Assembly (NCBI RefSeq): GCF_037042905.1
Contig: NC_087245.1
Coordinates: 43,152,001-43,216,000 of the forward strand
Direction of reading: 5' to 3'
DNA: 64,000 nucleotides
Origin: Lytechinus pictus
Lineage: Eukaryota
Part shown: piece after piece, positions 12,575 to 23,886 of the stretch
Layout: each line of letters starts with the position of its first letter
Position numbering within the stretch: position 1 is the first letter of the stretch
Notes under the pieces: model-generated
The model's input: the letters and a program-made list of their open reading frames with translations, nothing else
Told to the model about the DNA's origin: nothing
Database searches by the model: none
Position numbers and translations under genes: made by a program

Positions 12575-14217
12575 TATTAAATGATCTTGCTCTATGCAGA
12601 TGATTTTGAAACAGCAAATCCGTTAGGATCAAGGAAAGGTATTCATAAGCTCACAGCTTTTTACACATCAGTATTGTCTTTGCAAGCTACTAGTAAGTTT
12701 AGATCCAAACTGCATAACATAATGCTAGCTGCATTGGCACCAATCCCATTAGTAGTGAAGTATGGGATCGACAGCATCATTCAAGTATTGTCAGCAGAAC
12801 TGGAAAGAATTGAAGCAATAGGCATAGATGTACATAGGCCAGGGGAATTCGTTGGTAAAGTAAAACCTTTTCTGTTTCAGGTTACAGGTGACAATTTAGC
12901 ACAAAATCAACTGTTATGATTTGTTGGTAGTTTCTCAGCAAATCATTTTTGTCGCATGTGCAAGATGCACAGAGATGATAGTAAGAAAGCAGCAGTTGCG
13001 AACAAAAATCTCCTGAGGACAAAAGCGAACTTTGTTGCAGATCTTGAAATAAAAAACCATTCAATCACTGGAGTGCAAAGAAACAGTCCCTTGAATGCTC
13101 TACCAAATTAACATGTCACTCATAATGTAGCCGTTGACCTGATGCATGATTTCCAAGAGGGCATCCTACCTTTAGAACTAAAGCTGATACTGGGAAAGGT
13201 TGTTGCTGATAAATCTATATATATTGAAAACCTTTAATTTTGGATTCAGTGACAAAAGCAACAGACCTAGCCAAATACAAGCGTCTCAGCTTTCAAACCC
13301 AGGTGGTGCAAGTGGTCAGACAGCTGCACAGATGAAATGTCTCGCCCTTTATCTTCCATTGATCATAGGTGATAGGATAGAAGAGAAATCTGAGTACTGG
13401 GAGTTGTACTTATAGTTGATTGATATCTTCAAAATGATAATTGCACCAATAATTAGCAAAGCTGCTACATATCTATTATCAGACATTATTGAAGAACACC
13501 ATGAAGCATTTCTAATGCTGTTTCGGGAGAGAAAATTGACTCCCAAACAGCACATTTGCCTACACTATCCACATGCCATTAGACAACTAGGCCCTCTAAT
13601 GCAATTCAGCTCAATTAGAATGGAAGCAAAGCACAAAGAGTTGAAAGGTTGGGCAAAATCATCCTTCAACTTCACCAATATAGCAAAAACACTGGCTTTG
13701 AGCATGGACCTATTTGTGATAGGTCCATGCTTTGAGACACCAAAAGGCACAAGCTTTCCATTTCCGCTTAGTGCAGCATATTGAGTCTGAAAGTATTTTA
13801 GTCAATAATCAGCACATAGTGACTGCGTCCAACCTGCCAAATTCTGAACAAGTATGTCAGGTACTGAACTGTGAGTTAGATGAACCAATCATTACAGCTC
13901 GTTCTGTTGAACTTAATGGATATACTTTCAGGCCAGGTGTCCTTGTTCTAACAAGTTGGAATGAAGAGCCACAATTTTCATATGTTGTTAATGTGGTAGT
14001 AAAAGATTCTGCTATTGCTCTGTTAGCACAACCATGGGTCACTGAATATTTCTATGAACATTTTGGTGCATATGCAGTGAAGGAATCTGAGCAAGCTGAT
14101 ATGCCATTGCAAGTGATAACCCCATCATGTTTGTTTGATCATAAGCCATATGCAGTCCGTTGTTTTAACTTGGGAGACCCGCACTTGTATGTTATTACAC
14201 ATTTCAACTTGGCTTAA
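12575..14217 (+). pseudogene. CACTA/EnSpm transposase A, 5'-truncated, with stops and frameshifts
   Basis: Motifs LYADDFETANPLGSRKGIHKL, GDNL, FSANHFCRMC, DLMHD..EG, TPKQH..LHYP..IRQLGPL...RMEAKH and C-terminal HFGAYAV, spread over five broken ORFs. Confidence 0.85.
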
Positions 14218-14345
14218 ACTAACAGTGATTCAAATTTATGGTACACAGAACACAGTATGGATGTCAAAGCCTCATTGAAGGATACATGTATATTGAACAT
14301 TATTTTCTTTTGATATTCTCTCATATATATTGCCTTGTCCCATAG

Positions 14346-14603
14346 AAGTTAGAAACTATGCCTGCATCAAGTCTTCTTGGACTTAATGAGCAGAAAGCAG
14401 AAGAAACTGATACATCACTGTGCATCACTTTGGCATCAGAAAGTGACTCTCCATCTGCTGACATGCAAAGCTCGAAAGGCTCCTTGGCAGATACACTTGT
14501 TATTGAAGCATCCTCGTGTTCCAGTCTTTCAACCCCTGACAACTCTGTATCATCTTTTGCCAGTCATGACCAGCCAGTCTGCAGTCGAGCTTGTACAAAT
14601 TTT
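14346..14603 (+). CDS. Element A accessory gene exon 3 (Ser-rich linker)
   Basis: TAG acceptor 129 nt after the transposase stop, 258 nt open (KLETMPASS...RACTNF), then GTAAGT donor. Phase 0/0. Confidence 0.65.
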
Positions 14604-15066
14604 GTAAGTTTACTTCTATAACAATACTAAACGTTTTACATACCAATCATTTACCCCCCCCCCCCCTCTATCTTAGGGGCAATATAACCAAAAAGAAAAT
14701 AGGCAAAATTGTTTTATTTTTCCTCAAACATCCATTATCAACATACCTTGGAAACTATAAGTTGACACTGACTTTTACCCCATTTTTTCCAGAATCCCCC
14801 TTAGTCCAGTAAATGTGTATTAGATATTAAAATATGAAAGAATGTGGCTGCCTGTATTATTTAGAAAGTTACTGATGTTCTCATAAAATAATGTACTGGT
14901 AGTGCCAAGGTTACATTCGCCGGCCTGTGACCTTACGCGAATCAAAATTATCCATTTTATGTATTACTATATGAACCATTTTCATAGAAGGGCATTATTG
15001 TTAATTATTTATTTGAAATTGTGTTCATATATGTTTTTTTTTTCTTTCTTTCTTGGTCCTCTCTAG

Positions 15067-15209
15067 GATGTCATCAGTATTTTGAAGCAAGCTTCTGGCG
15101 GAACTCGCCTTGTGGAAAAAATCCAGGCTGAATGCATGCTATCCAAGAAAAACAAAAAGCAGATGGTTGACATTTTGGCACAGCGGCTGATTTCTGTCCA
15201 TGGGCATTT
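15067..15209 (+). CDS. Element A accessory gene exon 4 (SAMD3-like)
   Basis: DVISILKQASGGTRLVEKI...KKQMVDILAQRLISVHGH. 143 nt, with the same length, phase and similar sequence as exon 17106-17248. Confidence 0.7.
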
Positions 15210-15640
15210 GTAATTTTGATAATACAACTCTGCGTGTACATTGTTTCTTTTAGTTAGTCTTGGTCTCTATTTCCTCTTCTGTTTCCTACTTTCCTATACA
15301 ATCGAAATAATTTTTTGCATGCAGACAGGTATATAATTTCATATTCTCAATATGAATGATACATTGTATATCAATATCAGGATAAATAAGAAATACCCTA
15401 CCTTTTGTATCCAAATCATTATAAGGCATAGTTTTTCATATATTTTTGGGTTGTTTATATTCAAAAGGTACTAATGTACCATGTTCAACAGGTTTTTTAA
15501 AAGTTTAGCCTTAAGAGATTCAGTATTTCTTTGTTTATAACTCAATTTTCATCTTTGCCATTTATAGAGCATACATGTAAGTTTTTCAAGAATGCAAATT
15601 CTTTAAAGACATTACAGGGGGAAAACTACATTGATATCAA

Positions 15641-15938
15641 TGTAATCCACGAGAGGAAAAACACTGACTTCAGCCATGTGTACTGTGTCTTGGTAAAAAA
15701 ATTTGAACCAAATCAGGTCTATGCCATCATCGAAGGAAAGGTGGTTGAAACTAAAACTATCACTGATGCAGTTGATCTGTGCTTTAAAGCTTGTTATGCC
15801 TACAATCTGGAATATCAGGCGCAATGCTCAGCAACTTGGGAATTTCTTCAGAACATTGTATATGAAATGCCCGGACAGGTAAACTGTCCTATAATCAGAG
15901 ATTTCAGGGCATTCCAGAAAACTCTTAAAGACCAATAG
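15641..15938 (+). pseudogene. Orphaned terminal exon fragment of SAMD3-like gene A
   Basis: AVDLCFKACYAYNLEYQAQCSATWEFLQ aligns with AVDTCYKAVYVLDLEYQPQCCGAWEFLQ in 22816-23151. It is preceded by a copy of its own 3' UTR (15426-15640 ~ 15938-16160) rather than by the middle exons. Confidence 0.7.
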
Positions 15939-17105
15939 GCATTCAACAGTTTTTCATATATTTTTTGGTTGTTGTTTATATTCAAAATGTACTAATGTAC
16001 CTTGTTCAACAGGCTTTTTAAAAGTTTAGCCTTAAGAGATTCAGTATTTCTTTTTTTATAACTCAATTTTGATCATTGCCATTTATAGAGCATACATGTA
16101 AGTTGTTCAAGAATGCATGTTCTTTGAAGACATTACAGGGGGAAAACTACATTGATATCAAGTTTTTTGTTCTTTTGATCTTAATTGTGAACTCTTATTA
16201 CCATTACCATGTGTAAACTGAATAAGTGTTATATATATATATATGTGGTGTAACATGCCCGTAAATGGTTCATGGCCTTCTAGTTTTAGAGAGCTCTGTG
16301 TGAAGTAATTACAATGGAGGAACCTTTATAAATTTAATAGTCATATTCTATTGTAATGACTTGTTGATTTGATTAATATGCCAGAAAGATACAATGGTAG
16401 ATTTTTCCGCACCCGTTTTGCCCCCCAAAAGGTTAAAAACTGTCCAGTATTCATTGTGAACTCAATTATTAATATTACAAAGTTTTAATTTTAATACTTC
16501 AAGTTGAAAGCTCACTCAAGATGTCATTCCACTGATTGTTAGAACCTATCATTAATGTGTTTTTAATTTTAATCACTGTTACTTTGGAGTGTTATTGCCA
16601 AGAAATCATGGCTCTTGTAAGACTTAAACAATATGTAGATAGATGTATATTTCAAATGGGTGCTACATACTGTACATCCATTTGTTTTACTAATATTAGT
16701 TCCTAGGATGGAGAAAAAAACAATGTCCTGAAGTATCGCCGGTTAAAAGAAAGCGTAAGCCTATAGAAAGAAAAACCCACTTTTACTCCTTATGCAGATT
16801 AGCATTGTTCCATATGTGTCCATTGCTACTGACATGTTGTGAAAATTTTGAAAACACTTGCCTTCCTTTAAAAGTTTCTAACATTTGAATGGAATGTTTC
16901 AAGTTTTAAAAAAAAATTAGAGAAGATAAAATTACTATAATTTGAAATTGTTAAAATTGTTAAAAACTGATACACACTATAGAAAAAATAATCACGAGTA
17001 GTCATTAAAGTTTATTTTGATAATTTTGTATATGAGCCATGTAATTCTCGAAAATTTTCATGCATTTGCAACTTATGTGTTTTTATTTTTATTTTTGTGG
17101 TTTAG

Positions 17106-20100
17106 AATGTAAGGCAAATCATGTGTGCAGATCTATCTGGCCAGAAAATCTGTCAGCGACTTGATCGTACAAAGATAATAAGCAAACAAGATAAGAAGAA
17201 AATGGTGCACATTTTGTGTGACCATATGGTTGCTAGACATGGATACAAGTAAGTATAAATCTATAGATTTTGTGAAATATGAGGTGACAATGATAAAATT
17301 GAGATGGAAAATTAGCAACTATGTATCCATAAATTTATGCTTCCTAATATTTATAGGAATTACTGTGTGGGCGGGCGGGTGGGCAGGCGGTCGGTCGGTC
17401 CGTTTCCGAATCTTGTGGGTTAAACTACTTTCTCAGTTTTTGAGCTATTGACTTGAAATTTTGCACATGGGTCCATGAAAATGTTTAGATATGCAAGATA
17501 CCTTTTCCCTCAATGCCAAACAATGCGTTGCCATGGCAATGGCATTAAAAAAAATCATGAAAAATCTTGTGGATCAAAACTTGTTGTGGATTATGTTTTC
17601 TGGTTGTCCGTCCGTCCATCTCCACTTTCGTTCTCACGATAACTTAAAAACCAGTCAACCGATCAACTTCATACTAGGCTCGAGGATACTTATCTGGGTG
17701 ACGATGAGCTGTTTAGTTTTTGGGTCCAAAGGTCAAAGGTCATATAATTCAATAAAATACATAAGAAATAGACCGTTCTCCAACAACTCAAAAACGTTTT
17801 GATGGATCAACTTCAAACTTGGCTCATGTGTGCATATACAAGTGACAATGATCTGTTAAGATATTTGGTCTCAAGGTCACAGGATTCAATCAAGTTTATA
17901 TGTTTGCTTTTTGGAGAAAAAGTTATCTGACTAGATTTCGAAGTCACAAAATCAAAGGTCCAGTATTTGTTATTTTTTGGAAATAGAAACTAGGATGTAT
18001 ATTTCGAGTCTAGCAGTGGCGGAGGCATACATTTCGACCGTGCGCTGTCGAAAATCCATCTAGTGTAAATTTTAGTGGGACTTTTCTTTTTTTGTAGATC
18101 ATGCTGCTGGCGGGGGTATTATTAATCACCGATAGTAATATGTCTACTTGTCATTGCCTATGCTAACATTCAATATAAGAGGCCAGAAGCAGCAGGTGCA
18201 TGAGGTGCAATGCACCCTCCCCACTCCAAATCAAAATTGAAGTCCACTTTTCAGCCACGAAATGGCTAAAACTTCTGTATTTAAGATGTGCAAGTAACCA
18301 TTCTCGCTCAATTAGTCAATTAGGGGTTTCTTGTGTTACATCCTTATCCAGTTTATGTCCACCCTGCCCCCCCCCCCCCACCCTCCACCAATTTTTGACG
18401 AATAGAAATAGATCTTAAATCTAGCTGTGAAGTGAGTAAAATATTTAATATTTTTCTACAATTTCATTCATAGACCATCTTCATTCATCAAAGAAGAACT
18501 GGCAAAGGCTATACTGGTTTCTTTCCCATCACTGAAAGATCCTAAGGGTGTAACAGGCTATGTGAGTACATGCATACACATTCACATTGAAGTATACTTT
18601 CCTTGTTTGGACCGTAATCCTTGAAACAATTCCATGTATATCAGTAGTATACGTATATTATTCTACAACAAACGGCTATTTCCAGGCCTACTACATCATC
18701 CGGAATTTTTTTTTTTTCATGTATGTGTACTTCCTAACCAAATTAAAGATTTTTTAGAAACTAATTTGGGTCACATAGTTTAAGATTAAAATGTCTTACC
18801 TGTAACCCAGGGGGCCACTCGTATAAAAGTTGAAAGCATCCTCATGAACACAAACACGGAATAAAGTTGCTTTTTGCAGCCACAATGTGGGCCCGTATTA
18901 AGGGTATCTAAATGGCACTATTTTTTTCAAGAAAAATGACAGGTTTTTTTTTCATTGTCAGTCCACATCAAGTGTAGTTTGTAACAGTTCACCATGATCA
19001 CAAATTAAAAATATGGATAATGATTGACACTGGGGTCAATATTGTAAACGTGTAAATCATGGCAGTGACCATCTCTTTTGACAACTTAAATATAATTTCC
19101 TTTCTGCTAAAAACACCTGCACATCAAATCACCATGATTCTGAATCTGAAGCTGTATACAGAGATGGATGTGCTTCAAGCTAAGATTTTTTCAATTATGC
19201 CCAGAGTCGTGCTAGGCAAACCATATTCGACTATTGGAATTTGGCATTATTGGTCCATCATGATCACCAACAGCTGAATTATTGCTGACACTAAAACCAG
19301 TTTCCGTCTCTAATTACTTCACTTTTAAAAAGATTTGCTTTTCAAAGGCACCAATAATTAGGCTTAAAACTTTTTTTACAAAAATATGCCCCCCTTATAA
19401 CATGTGTAAATCCTTTGTATGTCATACTATTTGAGAGACTATCCTTGTTAAGAGTATACCAAGCTCAGAAAAGGGTCAATTTTCAACTACTGTACCTTGG
19501 TAATCCTTGCTATATGTGGTTTCTGTAAATGCTTTTTCATGGATGTTACAACTTTTGTACATGAGAGCACCACCCCTGGACCTGTGATATTCCTACATTA
19601 TAATTACAGGAAAATTACTATTGTAAAGGCGCTACTAAAATGCCAGCTAGAGGATGCTTAGAGGACAGGGTGTCATACTTACGAAGAGAGTTCTACAAAA
19701 GTACTGCTAATGATGGTGATCGACCCCCGAAGAAACAAAAATGTGAATCCCCAACAGCCGGCCCATCCAACAACAAACTGGAGGGCATGGAGCATGAAGC
19801 TAAAGGTAATTATTTTGTTGGTATCTGTGTTAGATTGATGGATTGCAAGATGACCCGAACATAAGTACAAAAGATTCATAATGTGTCTCCTCCTGCATTT
19901 TTTCAAAGGTGGTTAAGTGTGATCTATATTCACACATTCTCACAGGTTTTTAAAAATCCTCTGGAGGGGTAAAATGTTAAGAATAAGTTAATCCAAAAAC
20001 ATTTTTTGTTTCAGGGAAGTTCAAGTTAGTGAAGATGATTCTTGAACAGAAAAGGTTTAACAGTGTATAATACTATAATGGGTCTTCTATTTGTGCAGTT

Positions 20101-23100
20101 TTTTAATCCAGAATCTGTGAATTGTATTTGAAATAATTGGTATTTATTTCTAAATTCTAGAGATACAAGAACCTACTGCTAAAATACAATGGATGAAAGC
20201 AAACACCAGTGAGGATGATCGCAACAAAGTTGTTGAGTACATGCGCGATACAGCTTTGTACAGACAACAATGGATCAAATCTAACAAAATGTCAGCAACA
20301 GAGATACTTGAAGAATATTCCCGTCTTGCGGACAGTGGGATGGTAAGACAATTTTATATACAATGTAATTGTATATTTGGATGGTGTTACTAGATTTGGT
20401 TTTTTATATTCCTGTAGTTTCTTGGTTTCCATGAGTCTGCTTTCCTAAAGAATTAATTTTATAGGGGAAAATGAAACCAATTAAGTGTTCAACTTGATTC
20501 ACCATTAATGGTAATAAATTAGACAATGTGAACATAAACTTCATGTACCTTCCAACCATGATCATCTTTATAAAAGTCCCTTTCCTATAGTGTTTGACAA
20601 AAATTAAGCAATGTATATTGGTCAATGGTCATGTTGGTTGTAGAATGCGTGTGTGTGCACCATGTAACGAAAATTATGTTGCTAATAGACATTTTCATGT
20701 ATACATTTACAACCATATTTTAAGTTTTAAGCAATCAAAATATTTCTATCCTTTGTACAGATTGAACAAGATTTTGAAATAGGCCTACTTCAAAATGTGG
20801 CCAGCAGCAGGTTATATCAAAATTGGAGTAAGACTGCAACCAAACTAATTGAGTGGTGCCCAAGGATTGCACCATATGCTTTGAAGGACTTACTTGCAGG
20901 AGAAGACGACCTTGAGGTAGATGAACTAAATACAGGTAATTGCATTCTTTTGCATTATAATAAAGTTTTTCATATTATAAGAAAGAACATGCAATAATTT
21001 TTTTTTCACAGTCCTAATTTAGGCATCTGGTATCTGCTCCATAAAACCGGCATGATGCTGGCAAACAAATCTGTTTATCGTCGCACCATTGTCATGGATT
21101 GGACATGTTGAAAGCCTCAACCTGGCAAAACAGATGAAATACACTATTTGATGTACTTTAAAAAGATCCTTTCTTATGTTACTGGCCATGTGCACCTTAG
21201 TCAAATTACTTCAGTGGATAAACAAAAACTTACCTTACAGGGTGTATCGAAAAAAGCAAACCCAACTTTGATCAATAATAATTTCAAAAATATAACTGTG
21301 GCAATAGTGGGGTTTATATCAACAGATAGATCAACTCATTACCTTTCTTATGATAGCACTCTTAGCTCGTCATGCTCATGCATCACTGAACACCATTGTT
21401 CTGAAAAAAGTGTTACAAAATTTCAAGGGGTTCACTCTCACGCATCTTTCATTTTCAAAATTAAACTTTTTTATGATGAAGACAAAATGATGAAACATAT
21501 CAACAGTTATTCATTTTCAAACTTTGTTTATTTTTCTTCACTTCTTGATCATTTCTTTTTTAAAATGTCTGTAACAAATAAGAATAAGTCTCTGAACTCT
21601 TCAAGCTAATGCTGTAAAAATGAGAAAGAAAGGGTGAGTGTGATGAAACCAGATTTTTTGCTTAAGGTCTTAAGGGGGGGGGGGGAGTGTCAAATTGACA
21701 CACCCACCCCCCCCCCCAGTAATCTCAAGCACTGAAAATGCCCAGTTAGAATAGGGTTAAATAGAAGTGTCTTTGAAATAAATCTGGGGAAAGAGACTGA
21801 TTTTTTGATATGTTAACAATTAATGAGATGTTTTTTAACGATTTTGTTACTGTTTTTTTTATTTCTTTATATTCAGAGCAAAAGAACAATCTAGCCTTTG
21901 GCTTGTTACCAGTACTATTTCCAGGTAGAAGAAAGGGGAAAGGGGGCAGATATTCAACCCGGGAAGCACAACTAGGATTCATAGATGTCCAAAATGTAAG
22001 TTGGGTCAGCTTGCTTTTTTTTTAATTGTAATGCTGTTTGGTCCTGTTAGTTAGCATGTTATAAAGTGTGTATCTTATAGTGGAGATTCTAGATACAACA
22101 GAGGCTCAATTCTGTTGCAGCTTAGGAGAAATCTCTAATTTTGCGAGAGACATTTGTATTGTATGTATGATTCTGATCTGGTTACCCACACTGTTTAATG
22201 CAAATTCCTTGAAAATAAATTTTGATTCTCATAACCACTCTCACAAGAATTGATTTTGTGATTCTCGTAAATTGAACATTTCTTTATGTGCAATTACCCG
22301 GTAAAAACACTTAGACAGTGTGCAGCTTTCCCCCTCCCCCCCCCCAAACTTAGACAGAATCAGGAACATGAATCACGAACCCATAAAAATGGCTTGTGTT
22401 CAATCAAAAAAGTCCCAACTTCCTGATTTGTTCTAGACATGAATAATAAATTTATAAATCGACATAGTTCATTCTTCACATCGAGCAAATGTCATTTCTT
22501 TCAGCGAAGAGGACTACGTGTAGTGCAAGTTCCTGATCAAGAATGGATAAAATATGCTTGAACTTGAACATGTTTTGTTTCGGGAAAATAGCCACCTCAT
22601 GTCATGTGACCAGCCAATGGTCAGGGTCAGTAACTCTTGGTCAACGGTGTGTTCCATGAATTTTGATTCAGATTTTTATTTTTTTTTCATTTGAAGATCT
22701 GTACTTAAGGTAATCCTGGCTTGAATTATCTATCAAAATTATATTTCCTGCCAATCCAGTTCTGAACCTCTTTTGCATGAATATTTTTCTCTTTTTCTCT
22801 CATTCTTCTGTTCAGGAAAACCTTGCACTAGACAAGTTCCTGGAAGATATTGTACCTGAAAGTCGACCTCAATCGTTCATACTAGTCATTGGGTCTCTCC
22901 TTAAACCAGTGCAAATTTTCATCATTGTGGAAAGGCGGGCATTGGAACAAAGTAGCTTAATGAAAGCCGTAGATACATGCTATAAAGCAGTGTATGTCCT
23001 GGATCTAGAATACCAGCCTCAGTGTTGTGGTGCGTGGGAGTTCCTACAAACATACATTTATGAGATGAAAGGAGCTGTAAAATGCAGTGCGATCAGGGAG

Positions 23101-23151
23101 TTCAGAATCTTCGAGACAGCCTATGAGTCAATAATGAATACCAACATCTAA
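17106..23151 (+). CDS. SAMD3-like accessory gene of element B, seven in-frame exons (412 aa, no own 5' exons)
   Basis: Exons 17106-17248, 18474-18561, 19610-19805, 20161-20342, 20761-20935, 21877-21995 and 22816-23151. All are AG/GT bounded with compatible phases; total 1239 nt with no internal stop. Motifs LAKAILVSFPSLKD..GY, MRDTALYRQQWI, IEQDF, YVLDLEY..WEFLQ. Confidence 0.8.
17330..18062 (+). mobile_element. Degenerate Helentron/DINE-like element(s) in an intron
   Basis: (GGCG)n/(GGTC)n/(GTCC)n microsatellites, GGTCAAAGGTCA core motifs, 3' end ...CCATCTAGT. Boundaries are approximate. Confidence 0.45.
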
Positions 23152-23886
23152 CTGTCCTCATGTGAGCTAGCAAGTTTATTGCCTTTCCAGATACTTTTGC
23201 TTAAGAGAAGTTCCTGTGTTGATAAATGTTTTGTTAAACTTTCTCTTTTTTTTTTTGGAGGGGGGGGGCGGTTAATTGACAAAGTGAATGTCAAACTGTA
23301 GACTGTTTAGTCGACACGTTATCTGATATCTGAAGCCAGTTTGCAGCCCGCATTCAATAACTATACTTTGTTTCGCTTCAACTTCAGTAGTGATGACACT
23401 GTTTTGTAGTGTACGCAATGCTTTACGCACCTGCAAAGTTTCACAGTGATCCTGGGCCGAGATCTCGGGGGGGGGGGGCACTTGATGCCCCCCCCAAAAA
23501 AAAAATAACGTAGTCTTTTTAGGGTTAAGTCAGAAAGTTGTTTGTTGTATGAAGTAAGGTCTTAATTATTATATTTTGTTAAGTTGTTTTCTTCAACTGC
23601 TTTTGTTTTTTAATTGACAAAGTAAATGTCAAACTGTAGACTGTTCAAACCTGACTTATTAAATGTCAACTTGTAGACTGTTTAACCCTTTTCCTTTGGG
23701 GGCAGCGGGGGGGTCAATTTGGCCCCCCTCCCTCAACAATCTGCGTGATAACTCCACAATGCGCATGGGGAGGGGTGGCACTTGATGCCCCCCCAAAAAA
23801 AAAGTTTTCACAGGGCCCAAAATAACCTAGTCTTTTTAGGGTTAAGTCAGAAAGTTTTTAGTTGTATGAAGTATGGTCTTAATTAG

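Noticed and set aside
15531-15640. N-terminal ~36 aa of ORF 15531-15938
   Set aside because: This stretch is a duplicate of non-coding 3' UTR sequence fortuitously in frame.
16975-16990. CACTATAGAAAAAA as a possible CACTA left end for element B
   Set aside because: Does not match the B right TIR (CACAGAAAATTTT), has no subterminal array, and lies only ~130 bp before an internal exon.
21148-21609. 153-aa ORF
   Set aside because: Lies within an intron of gene B and overlaps a probable TA|CAGGGTGT mariner-like MITE fragment. No domain recognised.
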